Made by a program: the position numbers and the translations under genes. A DNA stretch of 63,804 nucleotides, filler included, from Octopus bimaculoides (taxonomy: Eukaryota), in NCBI RefSeq assembly GCF_001194135.2. It is 5 parts of 5 records of this genome, joined end to end, with 100 filler letters (N's around TTAATTAATTAA, not from the genome) between each part and the next. Parts side by side here need not be neighbours in the genome. Positions count along the whole stretch, not along the records: positions 4,772 to 34,349 come from NC_068984.1; 4 more parts are not named here. One strand, given 5' to 3'. Shown piece by piece: positions 10,000 through 22,689 of the stretch. The first letter of the stretch is position 1. Each line of letters opens with the position of its first letter. Under the pieces are notes generated by a model. The model made no database searches. It saw nothing but the letters and a program-made list of their open reading frames with translations, and was not told where the DNA came from.

Positions 10000-12900
10000 C
10001 TGATGTGTTTTCCATTTCATGCTGGCATAGCATGGACAATTTGGTAGGAGCTAGAGAACTGTGCCAAGCTCTAGTCAGCTTTGGTATGGTTTCTATGGCT
10101 GTACTCAGGGTTTTTTATGTAGCACCAGCAGCAGTGAGGTTACCAAGTAACTTGTAAGACAAATATTCCTTCACTGAGAGGAGGAGTGGTATTGAGGGAG
10201 GTGATGAGAGGTTAAGTATGACAGAGGGACAGAAACAGGGATCTTGCTGTAGAGGAGATACATGGTTACCCCAATCGGAGAGCAAAAGAGCAAGATGATG
10301 GCAATGTACCAGGAATACCCTCAAGGTAGGTGAATGTGAGTGATACAGAGGATTGGACAGGATGAGTGAGCAGGGAGTTCATGAGAGTGCAAAGGGGGAG
10401 AGGGGAGAAGGGAAATGTAGTGAGTAGTGAACATGAATATATAGAGGTATGACAGGATGACAATAATATAGTAGGTAGCAGGGGGAAGGGCAAGAGAAAG
10501 AGATGACAAAGCTGGAGGAGAAGGAAGGAGAGACAAGCATAGTGCTTAAAGAGATGGGTGGGGGTGAATTAATGTTACATGTGGGTGGAATACACAGTGT
10601 TTCTGGAACTGTTTTGCTGAGGTGAAGGTGTCTTAAGAACCTCCTATCACCAGACATCTCAGTCCATTGTCATCTCCATTAGGCTCAACATCTAGAGATT
10701 GGCTCTCATTCCTTCATCTCATATCTTCCTGGGTCTTACTCTCCCACAGGTTCCATGATCAGCATTTTATACAGCTGTCTTCATATCCAAATCATTATAG
10801 TCTTCTCTCATACATGCTACATCTGATTTTTCTTATGTCCAACTTTTCTTTCAACACATTTGCCAACAGAGTAATAGCTCTGAACTTTCACCATCCTATT
10901 CTTTTTCTAGCAATTATATGTTCAGAAAATCCTCCTCCACTGCTAATTTGGTCACCTAGGTAACAGAAATTATCCACAACCTCTAAGGAGCTTCTTGGAC
11001 ATTTGAGAAAACCTAATTCCCATATGTCCTTAGTGCTAATTGTTCCTGTGCATCTGCCACATACAAAGATGACTTTATCTGTTAACATACCTGTGATTCC
11101 ACTGCACCTCTCATGTGTCTATAGCTTGTATTGGGTCCAATGAATGGAATTCCTTCCAACACCTTTCTTTCATATTAAGCAGGGCCATTTATCTGATGGA
11201 AAGGGGGTTTTATTCGCTTTCTTGTTAACAACTTTGGTCTTTGCTGGGTTAACTTTAAGGCTTTTAAGTGTTTGCTTCCATACCTGGAATTTCTTTTCTA
11301 TTTCTGCAACAGATTCCATTATAAGAGCAAGGGCATCAGCATATAGTAGTTCTCAGGGACAGCCAGTCTTAAATTCCTCTGTTACAGCCTAGAAGACTAT
11401 GATGAATAAGAGACAACTGAGTACACTAAATTCATTACATTACTCACAGCTGACTCTCACCCTACTGACAGTATATCGAGGAGCCAGAAGGGAAGCTAGG
11501 CAACAGGTTTACATAGTGAAAGAAGAAGCAGAAAGTAGATATACCAATGTTATACACTGTGGGGATCAGAGGTGTGAGGTGTTTTGGATTGCAGAGCAGT
11601 GTATCAGATTAGAGGCATTGTGGGTGAGAGAAGCATACATACATACATGGCTTTTATCGCTCTAACAAGCCATTTGGTTACTCCTAACTTCTTCAGGGAT
11701 AATAGTGAGAGTTTGTATCAATGAATACTAAGTACAATGGTTTACTATTAGCTAGATACTTCTGCTGATGGCATCTGTAGTATTCCGCCTTAGCACAAAA
11801 CCCAAACTGCATCTCATCTAGTCTAATTCTGTTCTTAATCAATTGAGCTGGTCCAGTTGCTTGATACCACTGTAATTGTTACCCTTGTAGCAGTTAACTA
11901 TAATGCTGCTACATTAGTATGAACCCTTCCTTTACCAACTGATTGATAATATGAGTGACTAGGCTGTATCCTACACTAACAAATATTTTAAGCATCTCAG
12001 CAGTGATCTCTGATGGTTTCCAGGGGCTTGCCCTATCTTCATATCCTCAATTGCTTTATCTATCATACTGCTGTCAACTCTGAGGGCAGCTCCTAAGTTG
12101 GATCCACAAGAAGACTCTCCTTTTCCTGTGCAATCATTACATTTAGCAACCTTTCACAGTGACACTTTCATGTCTCTTTCTTCTTAGAACCACTACATGC
12201 AAGCATACCATTATCCATTTGCATGCTTCTCTCACCCACAATGCCTCTAATCTGATACACTGCTTTGCAATCTGGAACATCTCACACCTCTGATCCCCAC
12301 AGTGTATAACATTGGCATATCTATTTTCTGTTTCTTCTTTCACTATGTAAACCTGTTGCCTAGCTTCCCTTCTGGCTACTTGATATAATTCTCTGCTTCC
12401 ATCATTTTTCCATGCCTGTCTCCTTGCTTTTATAGCACTGTCTACCTCTTTGTTCCACCACAGTGTCACTCTTGGCCTAACCAGGATTTTGCACCAGCCA
12501 CAGATTTAGTATGTAGCCCTCAGTAGGTTGCCCCGCAGGAACTTCCAGTGGTCCTTTAAGCTATATGCTTCCAAATCCTTATCATCATCAGATGCTTCCA
12601 CCTTTAAATGGAATATTTCTAAATTTATATCAGTTTGTTGGATCTTTGAGCTTCTACTTCCTTTTCCAGACTGGTTTGTTTCCATGAGTCCTTTCAGCTC
12701 TAATTCTGAAGTCACTAACTACTAACCTATGATGGATTGTACATTCTTCACCAGGGCAAGATTTTGAATTTACAAGCATCTGTCTGATGAGAATGTAATC
12801 AATCTTATATATCCACCAGATCGGTAGGTAACCATGTGGTTGGCTGGTTTCCTGAAGTCAGTGTTGCAGATCATTTGCTTCACAGAAACTCAGACAGCTT

Positions 12901-13330
12901 TGTTCCCTCCTTATTTCTAGAGCCAAAGCTATAACTCCATACACAATAGTAATAAATTCATGGGAGTGCTGCCCAACATGTCCACTGAAGCTACCACCCA
13001 CAATAAACAACTTTCTGTCATTTGTCATTGAGGTAGTCTACAAGAGGACTTCATAAAGTTAGTCCTTCTGATTATCTGCCAGCCCAGACTGTGGAGCATA
13101 GGGGCAGACATAAACATAACTGTTAATATATCTCAGATTAGTCTCATCTTTACTCTACTATCACACATTCTAAATACCTCAATTACCTTATCTACCCATT
13201 TTTCTGCCAAAAGAAGTCCACAACATCCACCCCATCATTGCTGCCTACTCAAAAAAATCTGTTTCTAACTTGCAAGGAATTTAGGAGGTTCCATTTCCTC
13301 TTACTTCTTGCACTCAGCACATAATCTGCA
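10000..13330 (-). mobile_element. Decayed RTE-clade LINE copy 1 (endonuclease, RT and 3' tail)
   Basis: LEVVDNFCYLGDQISSGGG, TLWWNKEVDSAIK..RREARQQVY and APE-region remnants homologous to 22.7-26.3 kb; (CAT)n tail near 10000. Confidence 0.85.
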
Positions 13331-14047
13331 TGCTGTCACTCCAACGTTTCAATCATCTTATCAGTTCTTTTTTTCATTGACTGTGGCAGCTCTGAAATTA
13401 TGGACTTGGAAGGAAGGGTGGAAAGACAGTTAAGGAACTTTCGTCAGTGCCACACATATCAAATTATAAACATCATCATCATTGTTTAACATCCACCTTC
13501 CATGCTGAGATGGGTTGGACAGTTTGACAGAAGCTGGCTAGGTAGAAGACTGCATCAGACTTCTGTGTCTGTTTTGGCAAGGATTTTATAGTTGGATGCC
13601 CTTCCTAACACCAACTACCCAGCAGAGTAGACTTAGTGCTTGTTACGTAGCACAAACAGGCAGGTGAAATGAGTCTTGGCATGGTTTTTACAACTGGATG
13701 CCCTTCCAAATGCCAACCACTTTACAGTGTGGACTGGATGCTTTTTATCACCAAGTAACTCACAAGACAAAGATCCTTTGAGAGGGGAGGGGGCCTTAGA
13801 GGAGGTAGTCTTGTGTCAGATGATGAAAGGTGATAGTGAGACAGAGACAGAAACCGGTGTCTTGCTGTAGAGGAGGTACAAGGTTACTCGACGAGAGAGA
13901 GAGAGAGAGGTCAGAAATGAGGACAGAAACATGTGTGCTACTGTAAAGGAGATACATGGTCACTCAGCCTGTGGGAGTGGGAGACAGCAAGAGTGCAAGA
14001 AACGGTGGCAGAGTGCTGGGCATACTCACAAGGGATGGGGATCAGAA

Positions 14048-16709
14048 CAGAGTTGCCACTCATCAAATAATAAAACAACCCAGATTATTTGCTGCAAAAA
14101 ACCCAAATGTTAGAGAAAAGGTATATAATTGGTAATTTAATGATAAAATATATTATATGACAAAATGAATGCAGAATTTGATACTTACTTTATATCATAT
14201 GGCAACTAATTGTCAATTTCGTACATATCCACATCATCTTCATTCACTACTTCAACGGTGATAGACTCATTTTCTTCCTTTTTGAAGTCCAATCTATTCG
14301 TATATCTACGATGACAAGACCCATCCACTACATCTTTAATAAGTTTAGTGTTTGGCTTGCAAGAAATGCATGACACTCCCTTTCTTGTAATTACTTGTTT
14401 AACAAGTAGGCGATCGGTGATCGTTTCGGCCTTCAACCTATTAGTGAGCTTTGTCATTGTGTAATTTACTTGGGAAAATATGTACTCCACACACACACTG
14501 ATGAATGAGGTAACACCGGCAAATTAGTCATGAATTGTGACAGCCTCTCATATTTAGTGTGGTCAAGCCCGTCTTTAAGATTGCGTATGGAATACCAGAA
14601 TTCAGGGATGCTTTTTGAGGAACATCTTTATATTGCTGAAATAATCTCCACTCATCATCTAGTTCATCAAGTGTTTTTTCTGGTGCAATTACTGGAAAGT
14701 TTGATGCCAAGGGAATTATCGACTGAGGAGAGTTAGTGAGATTGTGCGCTACTTTTGGATCAAGTATTTCTAAGAGGGCAAACACTCCAGCTTCATCAAG
14801 AGGAAAGCGCATTTTATTTGAGAGCATAATTCTATCAAAAAATGTTTCCAATCAGTTTTGAATCTAGCTGAGTCACCAACGATGGGGTTTTGTTCTAGAT
14901 ATCTCACTGCACATCCACTGAGGTAAATATCACTCATACCTTTGTGATTTGTTGTGTTATTAAGATTAGTATCTGATAATGTAGATACAACAGTACAATA
15001 ATTCTCTTTTATAAAGCAACTAAGGATATTTTTATATTCACTGGATACAAGTATATGCAACAGATGCAGACAAAAGTGTTCCGATTGAAACTCAACATTA
15101 AGAGCATTTACTTTCTTTAATATATAATGTAAGAAGAGCAGCATGTGCTTCATCCCTTGGTTAATCATTGTTTCATAGATCCTTTTTGCTCTGTCCACTT
15201 TTTCTACTTTAGCCTCTGACTGAAAATAAAGTACAAGGGCATCCCACGTTAATTACATTTTCACACAACAACCATCTAGTTTGCAAAAGCTTTGGAATCT
15301 TGTTTTCTTTTGTATCAACACACTGTATCATATTGAAGTCATTTTGACATTTGCTACTTTGAGAAAAGTAAAAAGTTAAGTCCTTTAAAAAGGACTTGAG
15401 CTACAAAGGTAACACCTTCACTGCATGACTTGAACAAAGTGCAAACAAATGGCAAACACAGCCTATTGTAAATAGTTGGAATATCATTTCTCAATAACTT
15501 TTGAAACCCACTCTTGTTACCCAACATTGTTGAGCAGTTACCACCAGTAAATCCAAGTATGTTGCTCATAGATACAAACCCTGAGATGAGCCATTTTCTA
15601 CTACAATTGCATCCAGAAGAGCATCCTTGACATTAAGCGATTGTTCATCAAAAAAGTGAACAACTGTTGCTAAGATTTGTGTCACTGAGATGTCTGTACT
15701 CTCATCTATCAGTAATGAAAACTTTTGTTTCTTGAGAATTTCCAAGATTTCATTTTGTTCATAATGTGCAATTCCATCTTGTATAATGTATGTTAATTTT
15801 GTTTTTTTCATTTGTAGATTTTTAACTATTTCACTATTGGGAAAGGCCTTTTTACAAATTTCAGCTAAGTTATTTATATAGACAAAAGGTATGTGATGTT
15901 CAGCAACATAACCTGTTAGTAGCAAGTCTGCCTTAGCTACTTTTTCATTTAATGAATCATCTGTTTTTTTAACAATAAATGAATCTAGTTTAATAGCAGA
16001 TTTTGCACAATCAGAAGCTTTCTTGTGTTTGGTAGTGTTTTTATGAGCTAACAGCATTGATTTGTTAGCATTTGTTAGCATTTTTGCAACAAACACAGTA
16101 GCAGGTGTCAGGATTTTTATCATCTTGCCATAACCAATCTTTAAGCTTAGCATCCTCTAACCACAACTTCTTGAAATTTTGGGTGTACCACTTCCTCTTC
16201 TTGGACACACTATTGTATGCCATTACTTCGCAAAGGGTTACAAAACAAAAACACACACTCAAAATGTTGTTAAACAGATTTTAAATCGTGAGCAACAATC
16301 AAAGCGTACACCATCAACACAGTCAAGCTGTCAACTGGCAGTGTCAGAGTTTCAGACAAGTGTACAAGTGGCCACCAACACATTGTAACTTGTAGTTCCC
16401 AGGTATGATACAAATATAAACAAATAATGAACGCATATGCTTGGTAATTACGTCACATACAATGTTTGGATCGATAAATTCATTATACGAGATGATTATG
16501 GATAATATATAGAAACTTTACAAAGTATTAGAAGAGGTGCAACTTTGGTACATATTGCATACAAAGAGTATGACACTGAATTCTCCTTAAAAGATAAGTT
16601 TGCAGCCAAAATTAACTTAAAAACCCAGATTTAATGTAAATTTGGAAATTAAAACCCATAAACCCATCATTGCTCCAAAAAACCCAGATTTGGGTAGAAA
16701 AACCCATCA
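14048..16709 (-). mobile_element. hAT DNA transposon with decayed transposase
   Basis: Left end CAGAGTTGCCA; AAAAACCCA subterminal motifs at both ends; flanks GATCAGAA and CATCAGAA (8-bp TSD, 7/8 match). Confidence 0.8.
14206..16220 (-). pseudogene. hAT transposase pseudogene (TTF-type Zn finger, DDE core)
   Basis: YTQNFKKLWLEDAKLKDWL..TCYCVCC; KFSLLIDESTDISVTQILATVVHFFD; broken across ORFs 16065-16262, 15566-16153, 14770-15198, 14528-14851, 14206-14496. Confidence 0.85.
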
Positions 16710-19700
16710 GAATATAAATGAGATGGTAGAATTAAAGAAGAGAGAGATAGGTGGTGGCAAGTGCCAGGGCATACCCTTGAGGTATGCAGGGCATTGCCAA
16801 AGAAGCATGAGTAGAGAGTGGAGGTGGGGAATGTAGTGAGTGGCGAAAACCTGGATATATTGAGTGGAGTGGGGGGATACCGGATAGCAATGATACAGTG
16901 AGCAGAGCCATGAGTGCAAGAAAGAGGAGATGTGAGGAAGAGATGTAATTTGGTTTGTTGGGGTAGGGTGTGTGAAAAGTTTTCTTGTTATGTGTGGGTG
17001 GAACACAGCGCTTCTAGAACTGTTTCACTGATGTGGATAGGTCTTCTTGGTCTGTTGTCATTTCCTCCATGAGATCCAACATCCTAAGATCAGTCCTCAT
17101 CACTTCATCTCATGTCTTCCTCTTCCATGGGTACCATCCACTTCCAGTGATCAGTACTTCTTTATACAGCTGTCTCATTCATATGCGTTGCATGTCGAAA
17201 CTAAACACAGTCTTCTCTCTTGCATGCTGCATTTGATTCTTCCTTTTCACTCAATGTTTTCACTTTGTCAGACATGTGCATTGATGTTGCACATCCAATG
17301 GAGCATACTGCCTTCATTTCTCTCCAGTCTATCATGTCTTCTACATTCAGAGCCTATATCTCACTACCATGGAGTATAGCCATTCACACACAAGCATCAC
17401 ACAGTCTGAGAGAGAGTCCTTTTGTTGTCTCAACTTCCTCCATCCTATTCTTACTCTAGAAACAATACCTTCAGAGCATCCTCCACCATTGCTAATTTGG
17501 TCACCTAGGTAACAGAAACTATCTACAATCTCAAGAGAGCCTCCTGGGTGTTTGAGAGACTCCAAGTCCCATGTGCTCTTAGTGCTTATTGTTCCTGTAC
17601 ATCTGCCACATACAAAGATGACTTTATCTGTTAAGCTACCTGTAATTCTACTGTACCTCTTATGTGTCCATAGCTTACACTAGATGCAACAAATGGAATT
17701 ACTTCCAACTCCTTTCCTGCATATTGGGCAGGGCCATTTACCTGATGGAAAGAGAGTCTTATCTTCTTTCTTACTAACAATAACTTTGCTAGGTTAACTT
17801 TAAGGCCTGTTGATTCCAGGTGATGCTTCCATACCTGGAATTTCTTCTCCAATTCTGCTACAGATTCTGTAATAAAAGTGCAGTCATCAGCATATAGTAA
17901 TTACCATGGGCATCCAGTTTTGAATTTCTCTGTTATGACATGGAGGACTATAATCAATAAGAGTGGGCTGAGAACTGAGCCTTGATGAACCCCTACTTGT
18001 ATGCTAAATTCATCACTGTATTCATGGCCAACTCTCTGACAGCACTACTGTACATGGCTTGTACAGCTCTAACAAGCCATTCCTCTACCCTTAACTTCTT
18101 TAGAGACCACTAGATAACAGGGTGGGGGACTCTGTCAAAAGTTTTCTCCAGGTCAACAAAAGCTAAGTACAATGGCTTACTTTTGGCCAAATACTTTTCC
18201 TGCAGCTGTCTCACTAGGAAAATGGCATCTGTGGTACTCTTCCCAAGAACAAAACTTAACTGCATCTCAACTAGTTTAATTCTGTTCCTAATCAATTGAG
18301 CTATAACTCTCTCAGTAACTTTAGCAGCTTGATACCTAAGGCATCACCTTTACCCTTGTAGCAGCTAACTATAATACTACTACATTAGTAATTATTGATG
18401 GTGCCTTCCTGAATAACCTAACTAACTATACAGGTGACTAGGCTGTACTCTACACTGCTAGATATTTTAACGTAACAAAAAATATGGTTAATGTTTATAA
18501 GTACATCAGCATGAAAAAAATCGATCCATTTTGTTTTTGAAATTTTTTCAGCAGATGCATATGGTTTTGATGACAGTGATTCTGACTATGCCAAAAACCA
18601 TGTTTTCAAAATTTTAAATTCCCCCTTCCCCACAAATTTTAAAATTTTAACTTTTTCCAAATTTTTTTTTCAGTCTATGTGGAAAAATATGGAGATTAAG
18701 AATGTGGGGAAAAGATAATAATTAATTTCAAATTTTCTGTGAGGTGACTTCAAAACTGATTCATACACCCCTCACCACCCCATCCCGCTGTCTAAAAGTG
18801 AAGATGAATGGCTTGTGTGTTTGTGTTTGCGCATGCAAATGAACAGAGAAAATACACAGAAACATGTTTTACATACCTGTCGTATATGTCGGTTTTGCGT
18901 TAAAGGTAAATGGTCCTGATAGAAACAAACACAATATTCAATATATTTGTGTTCTTTATTCAGAAAGAATAAAAACTTCATAGGACTTCGTTCATGTGTA
19001 TCCGCCTGCAGGTGTGTGTGTGTGTGTGTGTGTGGGTACGCAAGAAAAACATTTATGGAAAGGTATTGATAAAAATTCTATGAAAGTGAGTTATCTTTAT
19101 ATTCCATATTTGCAATTCTCCACATAAATGATAGGAATATGGGTATTAAATGCTGGTTCAGTAAATTTACGGAATTTACTGAATGCCATCGCCTTCAAGT
19201 ACAAAACAAAAGATTACCCTACAAATATCACACAAGTGAAAAAATCACGATTCACACTAATATTTATTCACATTTCATTTACACCTGTAGTTAACTTCAT
19301 GCAGGTATAGTGTGGATTCGATTCTCGATCACCAAATTTCACTTAACAGTTCAACAGCACTTTTCTTCACAGTAAAACAATAGTTTTTCAGTGAGTGACA
19401 GCAGTTACATTTGCCAGATGCCTTCGCTAAGCAGAATAATGCCTTTGCCACTTCACCCTTCTAACTTCTTCTAGGCCACCAAAAGTTAGAATTGAGATAA
19501 CAGGTACCACCAACAAAATCTATTGTGTCAACAATATGTCTCTTTCTGACTGCATGGTTATAAATATTAGAATTTGGTAAGGCAAAATCAGTGAGAGTGA
19601 CCATCAGTTAGTGAACAGAGACTAACTAGAGTCATGCCCACAGGCTGTCAGCCACAAAAGACAAACAGCCAAAAGGAGAAAGGTTACAATCAGCCACCTA

Positions 19701-20024
19701 TGACAACTTCTCTCAACTCTATAACTTTCACTAGCTCAATTTCTTTTCTCTTACATCATTCTATCACTATCTATGGTTTACTACTACAATAAGAACATGT
19801 ACACACATACAGGCCAAAATGAACTTTAACCTCATATGCTCTTTCAATTATATCACACCTGCCCGTCGAGGCATGGCATTATATTAAGTAACAGCAAATA
19901 AATGTTTCTTTGCAACTTCGATCACCGTTCTTCATTCATCTTGCACATCTGCAACAACAACAACCATTAGACACCCTTAAATTTGAAGACTTGATACAGC
20001 AGCATGGCTTTTTGCAACTCTTGC

Positions 20025-20920
20025 AATGTCAGTCTATATGAAGGCATACTCTGTTTCCATGGCAATGATGATGCCTCTATTGAATTTTTAGTCGAACATG
20101 GCCTCCTGCTGTGTGCATGAGATTGTTCGAACTGCAAGGGACAAACATATGGCACTGCTATACGGTAATGCAACAATATGAACGGTCTAGAATGGAATGT
20201 GGATACCCCACATCTACATTTAAGGACACCTTTCTGGAAGGCATCCATCTTCTGCCTTGGAAAGTTTTGTTTTTTGTGAACCACTTCCTCAACAAAGCTT
20301 GGTCGCACAAATCAATAGAGGAAAACCTTGGATTCTGCCGTAAAACCTCTGTAGATTAGCGGTCTTTCTGTTCAGAGGTTTGCTAGTTTTGGGCAGAAAA
20401 CCACCAAACTATTATTGGAGGGCCAGGAGTTAAAGTAGAAATTGACGAGATGGTTTTAGTCCATCGGAAACACCAATGCAGCAGGATTGTGAAAACAGTT
20501 TGGCTTTTTGGTGGACTGGAACGGTTAAGTAAGAAGGCATTCGTGGTTCCACTGCTAAACAAATGTGGCGAGGCTGACAGACAAGATGCTGAGACCCTGA
20601 CTGCACATATTACCCGTTACATCAGGCAGGGGTCAATTATTTATAACGAGTGTTGGCATGCCTATAGTAACCTCAACAATCTGGGCTATACGCACTATCA
20701 AGTGAACAATAGTCATCATTTTGTTGATCCAGTCAACCCATCTGTTCACACTAAATATATTGAGTGTTCATGGGGAACACTCAAGAAGAGCATTATTCGA
20801 CCTGGAATGAGTACCTGAAGCAGTACATTGCTCGGTTCCTTTTCTTACAGGCTGTCTCACCACCAGCCCAGCAACTTCATAAGTCTCTTGTGGAGGCTGC
20901 AACATTATATCCAGGTTCCT
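20025..20920 (+). pseudogene. Merlin transposase pseudogene
   Basis: CSNC Zn ribbon; IIGGPGVKVEIDE; VWLFGGLER; RQDAETL; IIYNECWHAY (D changed to N); HTKYIECSWGTLK; in-frame stops present. Confidence 0.9.
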
Positions 20921-21020
20921 GAAGACATAGAAGACTATACACAAAAATGATTTAATTAAAATCTTTTAAAACACACATAACACATTTTTTTGCAGTTAAC
21001 AGAAACAACACACCACCACA

Positions 21021-21180
21021 TACAGTTCTATATTTAAGAGATGAGAAATTATGTACATTATTTACATTCAATGGATGTTTGTTGTTAACACATCTTGGCT
21101 AGAGGGTATATCAGGCAATACGTGCTAACAACAAACAAGATGAGGACAAATATCCGTCGAATGCAAATAATGTAAATAAC
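21021..21180. repeat. Fold-back remnant, probably a Penelope-type terminal repeat, inside Merlin
   Basis: Arm ACATTATTTACATTCAATGGAT..GTTTGTTGTTAACAC pairs with GTGCTAACAACAAAC...ATCCGTCGAATGCAAATAATGT. Confidence 0.55.
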
Positions 21181-22689
21181 AACACCACGTTTTGCTTCTA
21201 TCAGGACTGTTTACCTTTAAAGCGAAAAAGCAAAATCAACGTATATGACAGGTATGCAAAACATATTTCGGTGTATTTTCTCTGTTCATTCACACACGCT
21301 AACACACAAGCCATTCATTTTCACTTTTAGACAGTGGGATGGGGTGGCATGGGGTATATAAGTCAATTTTGGAGTTTCTCCATAGAAAATTTGAAATTAA
21401 TTAATTTTCCCCCCATATTCTTAATCTCCATTTTTCCATGTAGATTGGAAAAAAAAAATCGAAAAAAGCTAAAGTTTAAAAATTTGGAGTGGGGAGGGGG
21501 AATTAAAAAATTTTGAAAACATGGTTTTTGGCATATTCAGAATCTCCGTCATCAAAAACATAGGAACCCGCTGAAAAAACGTTTTTAAAAAAAAAGGTCA
21601 ATTTATTTGTGCTGGCATACTTGTTCTAAACATTAACCAAAGATATTTTTTTAAAAATTGGTGTTTATTTACATTTAACAAGAAAAGATAAAATAAAATT
21701 TTGATGGTGAAGGGAAATCATCTTGGAATAATGACATTAGTTTTCACTAAATTCTTGTGAACAAAGGAAATACAAGAAAATGACAATTGAACACTAATTT
21801 TTACTACATATTAGTTTTATCTTATCACATTTTCTACAGCCAAGGGTGACAGATTTTGTTTCTAAGATTACTTTGCATGGAAATGGAAAGTTGAGATGCC
21901 TATGTTTTCTAATGTGAGTGAAGTGAGATGGCAACAACTGGATTGTCCTGCTTATTTGATAAATGAATGACTCTCACCACCAACTTTAATAACAATTATC
22001 ACTTGTTCCTAGAATCTCTGTCGAATTAATACGACCATAGAAGCATGACTAGATAAGTTCTGTCTTTCTAGCCTAGCTTGTACTTTTCTATGTATTTTTG
22101 CCCTGATTCGTAATATCTTATTTAGTGCTCAAATTCATTTTCAGTTGTCCCTAACGACGTCGTCAAACTCACTCATTTATTCAAGTTTTTCAGCTTTAAT
22201 TTCCTCACATAGTCACCTATCTCTATAATTCCGTCTTAGACTTAGCTGGCTGAAAACCTTTATTTCTCAATTCTATTTCTACCATTCAATATTTTTTGTG
22301 TCTATGCAACAGAAATCCCCAAAACTATCTCTCTATTCTCTCTCGTGCTGGCCTAACCCCACTCTGCTTTACTCTGTCTCGTTCGATGTCTGCTTTTCTC
22401 TGTCTCTCTCGATCCCTCTCACTCTCTCCTCCTTCTTTCCATTGACTCCTTGCATCGCCAGGTCTATGAAACTAGCGCGTGCACCCCATTCCCACACTTG
22501 ACCGAAATACCTCTGCAGCAATGGCCTTGGTGCACCCGCCCTCCCNNNNNNNNNNACTAGAAGTTCTTGACTGTCTCCCATGAACACTTCTAAATGCTCC
22601 ACACCATTCCCCCCACCCCCACTTAGGGTTTACCCCCTATGTAAGGTAGCGATCATATGGTGCAAAATACGATAGTGTAGTAGATGCAG

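Larger units (their letters stand above)
13470..18460 (-). mobile_element. Decayed RTE-clade LINE copy 2, interrupted by a hAT element
   Basis: Tail at 13470-14047 resumes at 16713; RT motifs QLSFVLGKSTTDAIFLVRQLQEKYLAKSKPLYLAFVDLEKTFDRVP (18110-18295) and LEIVDSFCYLGDQI. Confidence 0.85.
18486..21638 (+). mobile_element. Full-length Merlin (IS1595/ISXO2-like) DNA transposon
   Basis: Long imperfect TIRs 18486-~18930 and ~21190-21638 starting GGTTAATGTTTA; 8-bp TSD AAAAATAT/AAAGATAT; central ISXO2-type transposase. Confidence 0.9.

Noticed and set aside
19311-19335. tRNA T-arm/CCA-like motif GGATTCGATTCTCGATCACCA
   Set aside because: No cloverleaf or A-box can be built around it.
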